Shown piece by piece: positions 30,470 to 42,584 of a stretch of DNA of 64,000 nucleotides; positions within the stretch are counted from its first letter, which is position 1; each line of letters opens with the position of its first letter. The notes beneath the pieces were generated by a model. That model saw only the letters and a program-made list of their open reading frames with translations. It made no database searches and had not been told where the DNA came from. Where the stretch lies: contig OU015568.1 of assembly GCA_907165135.1 (NCBI GenBank), forward strand, positions 14,508,001-14,572,000, read 5' to 3'. This DNA comes from Oikopleura dioica (lineage: Eukaryota > Animalia > Chordata). Made by a program: the position numbers and the translations under genes.

Positions 30470-31165
30470 ATGTCGGATGATGACTCGCACACTGCCAGTA
30501 AAATACCTCCAGATGTTTTCAAAACGCCGAATTTCCACGACCCAGCTCTCCGAAAGTCCGAAGTCATAACCTGGCTCAATTACAAATGGCACAACAAAAT
30601 GTACCCAGATTTTCAACCACCGATTCTTCCTCAAGCACAATCTTATCTAAACGATCCTATGGGACCGATAATGAGGTAGGAAAGCCTTGAAGACGACGAA
30701 GAATTATGATATTTAGATATTACATGACCGAGCATTGCGGGGTCAAAGCTGGTATCGCCGGAGGAATGGGATACTTGCTCGGTTGCGTGATGGGTCTCTT
30801 CCTTTACGGTGGACAGGCTGATATGAACATGGCAACTGGAACTGTGGGAGAACAGCCGAAGGGTTTGAGAGCCGAGTGGCGAATGATGAAGGGTGCAATG
30901 CATCGATCGGGCAAAAACTTTGGCCTCATTGGTGGCATGTTTGCTGGAACTGAATGCCTTCTTGGTACGCACATTTTATTTTTCAGACTTTGAATTTAAC
31001 TTAGATGGCTATCGAGGATGGCATGACTGGACCTCATCCCCAACGACTGGGTTTATCGTCGGTGGAGTAATGGGACTACGAGTTGGAGTCAAACCTGGTC
31101 TTTATGGAGGACTAGGCTTTGCTGCGTTTTCTTATTTGATTGATAGATTCATGGGATTCCACTAA
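30470..31165 (+). CDS. TIMM22: Mitochondrial inner membrane translocase Tim22, 3 exons
   Basis: EHCGVKAGIAGGMGYLLGCVMGLF, SGKNFGLIGGMFAGTEC, RGWHDW, GGVMGLRVGVKPGLYGGLGFAAFSYLID. Confidence 0.92.
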
Positions 31166-31503
31166 ATAAATAATTTGTATATTCATATCTTTGTTTCAAA
31201 TTCGCAGCGAGCATTCTTTTAGTAAAAAGAAGTGAAGCAGGATGTTTCTGGAGAGTTACTTCAAGTACATAATACATAAAAATTGTTTCTTCTGATTAGC
31301 TGTCTACTTTTGAGTCTCGTAAAAGTCTAATATGGCATATAATTACACTTATATGATAATTGAAAGAACGAAAAAACTGTCATTGCATCTACATAAAGCT
31401 ACAGAAATATATCGAAGTCGTCAATAGACAGGCTTTTTGGAAAGGAATCTTTTGAAGAGTATAATTATATTCAGTGCTGTTAAGAGTCTAAATTTTAGAG
31501 GGT

Positions 31504-31781
31504 TGTTAGTGAAGGAAGTAAGTGAGAGCGCCCTTATTAGGCGCTATCACTACTGACCATAAATAGCTAGGTTAGCGAGAGATCTGGACTGACTAACTTA
31601 TTATGATTTGAAATAAAATATATAAAGAAAGCTCTTTGTGAGCCCCTTTGTATACGTCTCGCGACCGCATCGACAGACAGTCATTCCATCAGCTATATTG
31701 GATCAGCAAGCAGGCTATCAGCTAGAGTAGAGATCAGACGACCTGGGACTACCTGCAGAGCAGCCACTTATCCAAATAACA
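31504..31781 (+). repeat. 5' LTR (278 bp)
   Basis: TGTTAGTGAAGG..AAATAACA, direct repeat of 35135-35411. Confidence 0.96.
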
Positions 31782-33123
31782 TTTGGTGACTTACGTTGGT
31801 AAAGAACAACGCGTACCTCGGAGGAACAGAGACACCTCGGCGGACAGATAGAGATTGACAACCTGTATCTTTGAGCCGCGCCGCTTAAATTACGATTGGA
31901 ACTTGGACCAGTTCGACGGCTATTAGAGCCGTGCCGTATCAAAAATTTGGAGGAAGATAGTCCTATCAAAACTTCCTCGCGGTAAGAAGAGCCGCGCCGA
32001 AAACTGGGAGCGTCATCTCCGGCGGTTAAGAGAGCCGCACCGCATTTATCCAAGAATTTAATGAAACATCGCCCTTATTTTCTTCTCAACTAAAAAGAAA
32101 GTTTTTCACAAAGCAACGACAGGGACAAATGGACATTATTCGCCAGAGGATGGTTAATCCCGAAAAATACAGTAGGGTTCGCCCAAGAAGGTTCTTGTAG
32201 CCCCTGGCTCAGCGAAAATGAAACTAACTTTATCGTGAGAAGACAAAAGGACGATATCCCTGCTCAAGAATGCAGCGAAGAGTAAAAACTAATATAAGAA
32301 GATAAGATTTAAAGGCCCTGGAAAGTCCAGTGTAACGTAGAATTACAAATCATGAGGAAAAGAGGAAAAATAATTGGAGATAAAGATGACCGAACTCAGC
32401 AAAAAGATCAAAGAGAGGCTACAAAATGATAATTACACTGAGAAGACCATAACACCGGTGAAAACATCAAAAGCTATCGGAACCACAAAAGGTCAAGCCC
32501 ACTCTGAGAAAGTCAGAATTGCCGGTATGATCAAAGGCTCCTGAAAGACCACAAAGGTCAAAGGTTGACTCTGAGAAACCGCAGATCTGGCGACCCGCCC
32601 AAATGCCATCAAGACCTGTCACGGAAGCTAGGTGAGCTAACGATACCTTGAGCGCGCAGCCGGTCAATCAGAGTGGAGGTGGACTTGTGAATTCGTGAAA
32701 CGCCAAGTGACGCCAATACACTTCGTTGCGTTTTAACAAAATGATGTGTCCAGAGTATTGCGACAAGCTGCTTCTACGTCAATTTCAAACCAGCGTGCGT
32801 TCTAACTATCCTGTTTCCATTGAAAAATGGTGTGATCCGCTGGCGCTGCCGGTTTACGATCCTACTCACAAGGACCGAACGCCAGGGTGAGCGGTCGTTA
32901 AATTGCAACAGCTTCATGACAGCCGAGTGAGCGCTAACCAAGTACATAAACTTATGTATTGGTACATGCACATGCGCGCCCGTCAACGTCAATTTTCCCC
33001 GGAATGTATTGATGCTATTGAAATCTCATTTTGAGCGGTCAGTATAAAACTGGAAAACGCCCCTCATAAGAAGACTCCACCCCTCTGCTTGGTCAGCAAC
33101 TTCATTCTTCGAGTTTATCCAAA

Positions 33124-33471
33124 ATGAGTGGCCACGGAAAGAGAAAAACGCGATCACAAAAAGAAGGAGATTCGCCTCAGAAGAAACAAGCGCTCGACAA
33201 GTCGCAAGACAAGGAAAAAGCAGAAATGGAAAAATCCCTTCATCGAGCGTGTCAACGACTTAGTCAGGAACATGGGGTAAAAATCCAATTTCTTGGATTC
33301 GACTACAAGAAACAAAGAACAATGACACAACAGTACGGGCCCAAAACGCGCCAACAACATGAGAAGGAAGAATCAAAAAGGAAGTTCATCATGGAAATGA
33401 ACAAACGCTTATGGATGTTGAGTGAGAAAGCTGAATCTACAAGCTCTGACAAGCCCAATTCTCAGAACTAA
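33124..33471 (+). CDS. 115-aa basic/charged cargo ORF in the LTR element, unknown function
   Basis: ATG-initiated ORF MSGHGKRKTRSQ.. with TATAAAA at 33043-33049; no recognisable gag motif. Confidence 0.6.
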   Translation: MSGHGKRKTRSQKEGDSPQKKQALDKSQDKEKAEMEKSLHRACQRLSQEHGVKIQFLGFDYKKQRTMTQQYGPKTRQQHEKEESKRKFIMEMNKRLWMLSEKAESTSSDKPNSQN

Positions 33472-33813
33472 CGAATCATCAAAACACCTCAAAACAATCA
33501 AACTCTAATCAGAAAATTCAATCCTTAACTTCCTTTGCAAGTCCTATTTGGCGATGACTTGGAGACCTGAGAAATCTTTAGCGGCGCGATGTCAAACTTG
33601 GCACTCTACGAAAGATACCCTTAAGTGGTGGTGGCTTCGATACCTCGTAAAAAAAAGCTGGACAAAGCGATGTTGCGACATACCCTTACGTCGTTAACAC
33701 TTATCTTGTTTTTAACGAGGGGATACCCTTAAAAATGCCGCGTTGGACCGTCGTAAAAATGCCCACCGTACTGGGAAGTCTGAAAACAACAAGACGCCAA
33801 AGTGTCAACTGAT

Positions 33814-34902
33814 TTATTCTTTTGGAAATAGGATACATGCGTAACACGCAGGGCAAGACAAAAGACGGATGATGGTCTCGTTTTCTTGATTTGGGCCATA
33901 ATGTGACGACTTTTGGAGTTGTAGGACCAGGTCACGACAAACACAAGGAACCGTTTTCTTCAGAAGTTCTGGCTCAACCGAAATCTCCAATGGTCTCTCG
34001 TCTTCAGGAGCAATTCCTCCTAAGAACAGATGAGTGAATATGACAAAATAACAATCAAACCTTCACCATGTCGAGTCCGCCAGATCGAATTCGCAGCAGA
34101 CAAGGATAGATAGTGGTTTCCAGAGCCACAAACATATCCGAGCTGGCCAACCTGATCCCAACAAGGAGCGTGCTCAAAAACTGCGGCGTAAGTTACGCAA
34201 CAAATTTGTTGCGCTTGCTCGGGATGTTCTCGGCAAAGGTTCTGTTGCCAGGAAGGTGGGGCTCGTGAGGGCAATATTCGTCCAGGCGTCAGAGTTGCCG
34301 AAGATCCAACCTGTAAGTGAAACAGTGCGTGAAGAGCACGTACTGGCTCCTGGAATCCGGCACGATCTTTGTAGTTTTCCCAGACGCTTAAGAAAAATGT
34401 GCGAAATGCCGGACAGGAAAGCGAATCTTTTAGTCCAACGGAACGGGCAGAGTGGAGCAGCGAAAAATTTTGGTCATTCTCGCCACTATAATGCGACAGT
34501 AACTCTGCCTGGGAATGCAGACCAAGAGCCGAGTTGTGAAGCAACCGCTTGAATCTTAAAACGACGCGGCCGACCTCCGTCACGTGCTCCTCCCTTGGTT
34601 GACCTCCGTCAGCCGGATGCTGGCTCCGGGCATGGTTTTGCACCGTCTTGCGGACATCGCTAAGAAAAACGCACTGGGAGCAACGAAAAAGGGTTACTGG
34701 ACGATGCTGGTTCAAAAACATTCTCTGGTCAAAAAAATAATCGATGGAGTGGTACTCAATTTGAAGTGCTAGGCTACCGATCTCGTGTATTCGCCAATCT
34801 TTACGATATGGATTAACGACAATACATTGACGAGTGTATTGCTCAATCCACGACAGCCGGGGCTTGATCACGTTCAAAGATTACGACCTTTTCGAATGAC
34901 AT
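33814..34902 (-). CDS. Antisense 3-exon cargo gene (~333 aa) with a C2H2-like zinc finger and Cys-rich C-terminus
   Basis: Exons 34888-34902, 34061-34841 and 33814-34019 are joined in frame by GT-AG introns of 46 and 41 nt. Motifs FRCSQC..HARSQH, CVC and CPACYAC; AATAAA overlaps the stop codon. Confidence 0.7.
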
Positions 34903-35134
34903 ACTTAAAAAAGATCAATGATTTGTTTATGAACAACCTTCTCACTCTGTTAAAAAAAAAAAAAAAATTCATTCTCTTCTGTCTCTACTCTCAACCTTTT
35001 CCTTAAGCTCTCCTTGTCATCAGTTCTGAGTTCTTTTCTACATTAGCCATTCTCATTATCAATTTTTGGTTATTTTTCTACCGTATCTCTCATTAACTGA
35101 GTCTTATGAACCCCCCCCCCGAGGAGGGGAAGAA

Positions 35135-35411
35135 TGTTAGTGAAGGAAGTAAGTGAGAGCGCCCTTATTAGGCGCTATCACTACTGACCATAAATAGCTA
35201 GGTTAGCGAGAGATCTGGACTGACTAACTTATTATGATTTGAAATAAAATATATAAAGAAAGCTCTTTGTGAGCCCATTTGTATACGTCTCGCGACCGCA
35301 TCGACAGACAGTCATTCCATCAGCTATATTGGATCAGCAAGCAGGCTATCAGCTAGAGTAGAGATCAGACGACCTGGGACTCCTGCAGAGCAGCCACTTA
35401 TCAAAATAACA
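35135..35411 (+). repeat. 3' LTR (277 bp)
   Basis: Matches the 5' LTR apart from 2 substitutions and 1 indel. Confidence 0.96.
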
Positions 35412-35520
35412 GGGTTATTCCGGGAGCATAATTAACCTAGATCTTATGAGGGCGTCCAAATGCCTATTTATAACAAGGCTTAAATTTGGATGAACAAGCG
35501 CAATAAGTAAAAGAGAAACT

Positions 35521-36674
35521 ATGAATTTGTTACAAAAATGCATTGCATATTGCTTGGGTTTATTCGATGCATTACTTCACTCCTACTTGATCTTTGGATG
35601 GAGCGCTCTTACATCAATGTACAAGAAAGAAGGCTACTACAGACATGACTGTTTGCAAGATGAAATAGAGAATTGTCCCTCACAAAACGCCAAGATCTCG
35701 GAGATCATGATCTACGCGGCTGCATTTTGCGGAATCACTGTTTTCTTGCTAAGAGGATTTACCGGAAAATTTATTGGACAAGGCCTGGGGTCTTAAACAG
35801 AGCTGGAGCAAATGCCTCGTTCCGTGTTCCATTTCGAGACCGGGTCGGGACGAAGTACTGACTTCATGCGGTCGCATAATATACTGACAACGATACCCTT
35901 GCCATGTTTAGGACCCCCTGACAAGGCTTTTCTCTTATCCTTGTCAAAATGTGTTTAGCGGTTTCATATTTGCTTATGTGGCAGATTAGGGATAACAATA
36001 AAGTTCAAAAAAAGTATAATGTAAAAATGTAATATTCTGATATTTTTTGTAACATTTTGATAGAATAAATATAATGATAGAACCAATAAAATGAGATAAC
36101 GACAAGGTCAACTACAGAACTAACTACATGTATTTCGATAGAATCCTTGAATAAGATTGAAAATATCTCTTAAGGGGGTAAACCGCTTACCGATGTTTTT
36201 CTCTAATCCCGAGAAGCGCCACCACTAAATATTTCGGGACATTTGATTGGCCCTCGCTTATTTTGTCGTAGTTGATCCGGTTTGCGGTGTGTACCCCCTT
36301 AAGCATTGAGATGTGTTTTCCGTATTCTACAATGGGAGTCGCGTATGCTTTTATTGAGATTGTCGGAGGATTGCTCAGTTTTGCTGTAAAGCCGATCATC
36401 GATCGCCGAAAATATTCTGGGAAGCTGGATTGGTTTAACTACACAATTGTTGCTGGCTTTGTCTTGACTATTCTTGTAAGAACTTTTAATTGTGAGTCCA
36501 GCAAAAGTATTTCAGCCATTTTTCTTGCAATTGCCTTTGACATTGAAGCGCTACCATTCAAGATGCCATGAAATTCTGGATAGGCCTCGTCGGGAATTGC
36601 TCGAGTCGGAGATTTTCCCGACGACTACAAAGAATGTTCCGGATTCGAGCGAATGCCAGAAAGCCGAAGAATAA
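35521..36674 (+). pseudogene. SLC43 (LAT3/LAT4-family)-like transporter with the central TM helices missing
   Basis: N-terminal LIFGWSALTSMYKKEGYY..C..C..Q and C-terminal CFPYSTMGVAYAFIEIVGGLLSF..FLQLP resemble both ends of SLC43 proteins. Only ~500 bp of AT-rich non-coding DNA lies between them. Confidence 0.5.
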
Positions 36675-36746
36675 TTTATATTTTGTGTATTTTGTGACAG
36701 GTTTATTTTTGTACAGAAAATATCATAAACTAGAAGTAGCAGGAAT

Positions 36747-38584
36747 CTATTCAAATTGTGTGTACTTGCCTTTGTTCTGACGGCGCCAGGGTCCACTGAG
36801 CAATTTTGGAACTTGTTCTAGCGGCAGGCCCTTCGTTTCTGGCAGAAAATAGTAAAGCAGGATAAAGGAGACTAGCGCAATCACAGAATAAATGAAGAAA
36901 CAACTTGGCTGGCCTATTGCTTCAACCAGACTTAGAAATGAAACGGAAATAATTGTGTTGCCAGCCCAATGGGCAAATACAGCGAGTCCCATTCCTAGAA
37001 TTTTTTGGAACTAATTCTCAGGTTTGTAACTTACCGGTATCTCGGATTGATTGGGGAAAATCTCGGATCCGACTGCCCAAGGAACCGGGCCAAGACCAGG
37101 GCTGAAGCTTATTAAATAAAGAAGCATTCCAATTACTGGCAGAATTGACGCTTTATTAGCAGGGCAGTAGTCGATCCAAAGCTCGCCTGTTGTGCAATTT
37201 GTCGTGCAATATCCTGAGTCCTCTGTTTCGCAAAATCCACAAGTATTGCCGTACAGTTTTGAGCAATCACTACATGTTGTTGGCTCGAGGAAGGTTTCTG
37301 CATTTTCGAGGTTTTGGCATGTTGAGCTGTTGAAGTCAACTGGCGATTCGAATCTGTTATTCAGATGCGTTCCGAGAGAGAGAATCCAAAGAGCCAGGAT
37401 AGTGAATCCAAGTGATATCAGAATGAGTCTAAAAATTTTTTAATCACTTATCAAAAACTTAACTCCCTACGGTCGCCTTCCATATCTGTCGATAGTAATG
37501 AAGCCAATGAAAGAAGTCGCGAAATGAACAGAAATTATGCCAAGAACGATCCAAATGGCTGAAGACCTTTCTTGCACAATTCCAGAGCTGAAAACAATCG
37601 ATCCCGCGTAGTACATAATTGTATTCACTCCGCTCAGTTGTGCGACCAGCTGAAGCCCACACGCTAGAATCAATGCTTTTCTTCCGACTCCGATGAAAAC
37701 CGACTGATTCTTGTCTCTTCGTTCCGAATCTATCGCAGCCGCCATTTCGTTCAGCTCCTGAGTGCATTCTGCTCTCCGAATCATTTTCAAAACTTTAGCT
37801 GCTTCATCACGTCTCCCCTGTTCGAGCAGATACCTTGGGCTCTCAGGCAGAGAGCAGAGGAATCCGAAAAGTTGAATGCAAGCAGGCAGAACAGCAGCAC
37901 CAAGCAATATTCTCCAACCAAACGAGATCTTTGCCACCATTCCTCCAAGCAGAGCAGCAACCCATTCTCCAAATGTAATGCTGATTTGATTCGCCGTATT
38001 CAACTTTCCTCGGACACTTGGTGGGGCACATTCTGACAGATACACGGGAACAGCCATTGAAGAAATTCCAAGGCCGATTCCAACGACGCCTCTTCCAATC
38101 AACAGCTCACTTAATCCTTTAGCTGCGAGAAGAATTAGAGAACCGACTCCAAAGAGAATTGCAGAGCCAATGATAGCTTTTCGTCTTCCGAAAATTTTAT
38201 TGATCGGCCCAGCGAGCAGGGAAAATACACCCGCGCATGCTAGCGTGATGGTGACTATAAGTTCTTTTTGAATTGTCGTAAAGTGGTAGTCTTTCTCTAT
38301 CAGAAGAAGGGCACTACTGATGACTCCAGTATCATAGCCGAATAAGAAGCCGCCTTTTTACGGTCTTATTTTTTGTTTTTCCTTGTTACAAAAATAAAAA
38401 AGAGACCGTTTCCTAAAACAGTGAATAGGGTCAATTTTATTAAATATTTCCTGTCTCCAGGACCATTATCTTCTCTTATCGTCGTCACAACTACATTTTC
38501 TTCTCTTGAATAAATAACATTTTCTTCCGCCGCACCATTTATCTCTCCATTTTGCCCAGTCGGTTGTAGCTCAACGGAATTCAT
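36747..38584 (-). CDS. SLC2A13: H+/myo-inositol cotransporter (sugar porter family); apparent 1-bp frameshift near 37047
   Basis: GGFLFGYDTGVIS, FGRRK, VPVYLSECAPPSVRG, LPESPRYL, QLSGVNTIMYY, Cys-rich loop, PGLGPVPWAVGSEIFP, LPETKGLPLEQ. Confidence 0.9.
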
Positions 38585-39157
38585 AATAAAAGCCTTTCAA
38601 CTTCCTTTTTCTTTATTCGCCCATTTTCATTGTCTCTTTGTTTTAATGTCTTTACGAACGGATCCGATGCTGTTCAACGTTTAGTGCGGACTTTTACCCG
38701 CCCTTGAGCTATTTATGCTGACATTATCTGAAATCTAGTGCCTTTTTTTCTCACTGAAGTTACGGAACCGTGACTGATGGAATCGCTCAGTCGTGAAAAG
38801 AAAGATCTCTTTATAAAGCTAAATTCAAGCCCTAATTTTGCATGCGCGCCTCTTTTTTTGGTATCGATTTTGACCAGCTGGTTGGCCTGCAAGTTGCAGG
38901 CAAGTAAATGACACCCTGTACTTGACTTAAGTTCTTTGACATTATTCATTCGTGTCTATGTTCCATTTATACTTTTGAATATTCTGTTTTCGATTATATT
39001 TTCAAAAGTCATAAATTTTATTGAACATTTTACAATATTTTTGGCAAGGTTGGACTTTGTGATTTGTTGAGGTTAGGAGAAGACGATTGTATGGTACAGT
39101 GCGAATTGACAGTAAATGTTCGTCAGGACAAATCACACAAAGTTTAGTGTGTAAAGT

Positions 39158-42017
39158 TTACACTAAATCTTCAGCAAAAGTTGGACTCAGAGATGTGTCT
39201 CTCGGCGGAACAGCTGGAAGGGGTTTTCTAGGTGCAGGGATCGGAGGGGACATCTTTCTACCGCGATTTGATTTATAGTCGGCTTTGGCTCTGGAAAAAT
39301 GATCGGGTTTGAAGGAAATGCTTTCTTTCCTCGGAAGGTTCGATTTTCTTCCCTTTTTCGTTTCAGCCTGAAAATACAATGTATGAAACTCATACTATGA
39401 ATCAACCGAAAACAAATATTAAAGATTGTAGTTTATTTTATACCTCACGATTTCCTTTGACGAATTGGTCAATTCGACCAACTAAAATGGCAAAAGTCGG
39501 TCTTTTTTCAGGTTCATCGTGCCAGCACTCCATCATTAACTCGCAAAGTTCAAGAGAACAATCACTCGGCATTTCCAATCGATCCCCTTTTAGCAAATAA
39601 TCTTTCAGACCTTGAAAAGGTGTAAATGAAAAAAGTATGTTCAATATACGGACGATATATAATACATTGATATAGGGACTTTCTCATTTACCAGCCCAGT
39701 CGCCTAGAGGTCCGTACGGAACTGCTCCTCTCGTGAATATTTCCCAAGTAAGAATGCCAAATGCCCACACATCAGACTTTTCTGAGAACATACGCCGCTG
39801 AAGAACTTCTATGGCCAGCCATTTCAAAGGGAGCTTTGTTTGGCTTCGAGAACTGAAGAAGGTTCGTACTGTTTCTATTTGATTTTTCAACTTACACGTA
39901 TTCTTCCTGATACAGTTTTTCGAATGTTTTCGAAAGACCAAAATCTGCAATTCTCAAGTTGATCCTGTTATTGTCCATGCTTTCTAAGAGACAGTTTCTA
40001 GCGGCGAGATCTCGATGAATGACTCCTTGGTGGACGAGATAATTCATTCCTTCAGCAGCTTGTTGACAAAATTTGAGACACTTTCAAAGAAAAAAAAATC
40101 AATCGTTCTATTTTAAAGTACTTACGTCACTAATGAGAAGCACGTTTTCGTCATTTTTAACATAGTTTCTAAGATCCCCACAGTCCATCAAAGGGAGAAT
40201 CATTTCTGGCTCAGCGAAGTCGTTGAAAGAAACTCCGATGAGTTTCATGACATTGTTATGTTCGAAATTGTTCATTTGAATTGCCTCGTCAAAGATCGCT
40301 TTTGCATGTTCTGCGTCGAAATACTCGCAACTTTCTATTCCTGAATCGCCACTGGCATATTTATTGCTTCCCAGGGATGTCGACTTGTCTGAATATCCAG
40401 GACCCTTGACTCCATTGCTAACCGCACTTTTCATCGTCTTTATAGCAATTTTATGAATAGTAACTCCCGTGTCGTTTTTTAATCTACCCGCATGAGTGGT
40501 ACCGAAGGCTCCTTTTCCCAATTCATTGCCGTCGCGCTCGATTTTACTAATTTAATTGGTAGGTTTGTTGTTTTTAGCGGCTTTTAAGTTTTATTAGCTC
40601 ATGAGTGTACCTTGGATTGATGTAGATCTTCTTGAGAATCTCCTTCTTAGGATCTTGCATGCAACTCATTATATGTTCGAATGCTTCTTGTGGTCGGTCA
40701 TCAGACAAAAGCTTCATCCTTTCAGCCTTGTGGATCCCCTTTTCGATTTCTTTGTTCAAGAACCGCTTGATGAAAATTGCAACAAGAACTCCCCCAGAAA
40801 GGAAAATGAGGACAAGGATGACAATCAAAAGTATTGTACGCAGTGGCCAGCGGAACAAAATTTCAGATGAAGAAACAATATATGTTGTTTTGTGTTTGTG
40901 GCCTTTATGGCCCGTTGGAGGACCGAACAACATCGAGAAATACATGGAAGGAGCTCGTTTTCCGCTGTCAGGAATCGTTATTCGATAGAATAGCTTACCA
41001 CCGTCTTCGTTCGTTTTCAAGTGTTCTTTAGACAAAACTTTTCCATTATTGCAAATTTCCGACTTTTTGTATTTGTCATCACAGTAGAACTTCTTGTAAT
41101 TTTCTGAAAAATAGTATTCGTTTTTCTCATCATCGTTATGTTTGTCATGGTAATTATGCTCTCCATCATGTTCTCCATCATGTTCTTCATCATGTTCTTG
41201 ATCTTCGCTGTGTTCTTTATGGTCTTTTTCATCATGTCTTTTGTCGCTCAAATAAAATACAAAATGGTCCATCCAATGTTCCATCGTTTTATTCCAAGCA
41301 GCCAATTTATCTCCTTCGAGGTTTCGATTTAGCTGCTTCGTAATTATCAAATCACCGTTCTTATCGATTTTATAATAAGATCCTGCTCTTTGAAAAAAGC
41401 CATAGAACTTAAGGTCGTCCAAGTCTACGACCCGAACTTCTCCAATCTTGCAATCTTTTGAATCTTTTGTATTTGCGTAAATCCCCACTTCCTCTTGAAT
41501 TTGTCGAAATTTCTCGTCATCGGTTTCCTCGAAAAACGCAAAAACTCCGGTATTCGTTCCACTTTTTCGATGATAATTATAGTCAATCTGTATCCTAACG
41601 AATTCAGTCGTTTCATCATTTTTAAGTCTTTTATAGCCTTTTTCTGAGTCAAAAACTCTCTCAGTCCTAGAATAAGAGGATATCTGACAAGATAGACCAA
41701 AATAAATTCAGCTAAAATTCAATTTTGACTCGTTTCTATGAAAACTTCTTGAGGGTGAAAGTCTTCTGGAACTTCGCATGCAATGGTCATTTCATTTTCT
41801 CTCGTTATCGTTGTATTTCCCCTTTCCAGTTGTTTGCATATTGGATTTTGACATGCTTAGATTTTAATTTTATAAGTGAGTTTTATTATTTATCTTATAT
41901 GATTTTATATACCTTATAAATTATAACTTACAATTATAACTTATAACTTTATAATTTATAATCTATCTTACTTTGGCGCGCAACAACAAGCCCAATTATC
42001 ACCCATAGAATCCTCAT
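39158..42017 (-). CDS. Receptor tyrosine kinase copy A: MET/RON-like kinase, unrecognised ectodomain
   Basis: Signal peptide [92 protein letters not shown]. Confidence 0.88.
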
Positions 42018-42584
42018 CAAGCCCAAAGAAAATGCAATTTTCAGATTTTGCTTTTTTTCAAAAATTCATGTTTTCTCTTTCTGTCCTGCTCTCTCAGAAC
42101 TCACATCTAAGTTAACTACTATAAAAATCGTTCTTTACGGCGTTCATCATGAGGATTCTCATCCAAGAAGAATTTTATACTAATTAGTTATTGTGAAAAG
42201 TTACAACTTGGATGATTAATAATCATTGATTATGACTAGAAAAAAAAGATCACGAGTTGCGGTAATAAAAATCATTTTGCTCTTTTGAACTTTTCTTCGA
42301 CTTTCCACTCTAAGATTTATTGTCAATATTATTAGCTCAATAAATTATTGAGAATGCTTTAGGAAAGAGATGCAATTGGTATGATTCATATAGAAGGAGC
42401 AAAAAATCAATGAAAAATTTTAATTAATGAGTTTATTTGACAAATATAAAGATGTGTTCTCAAAGGCGAAAAATCTTGCATACAAAATTAGCAAGTAGTT
42501 TCGAGACGACAACTAAAAAAAGTTTCAATCAAAAGTAGTAACCTGACTACGATATAATAGCGAATAAACGCTATTAATATGAGT

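Larger units (their letters stand above)
31504..35411 (+). mobile_element. Non-autonomous LTR retroelement (no gag/pol) with 4-bp target-site duplication GGGT
   Basis: Two TG..CA LTRs differ at only 3 positions. PBS-like TGGTGAC at 31784-31790, PPT GAGGAGGGGAAGAA at 35121-35134, and GGGT at 31500-31503 and 35412-35415. Confidence 0.95.

Noticed and set aside
32200-32680. Possible gag remnant in the LTR element
   Set aside because: Purine-rich with short broken frames and a local direct repeat, but no CCHC knuckle or capsid motif; the identity cannot be supported.
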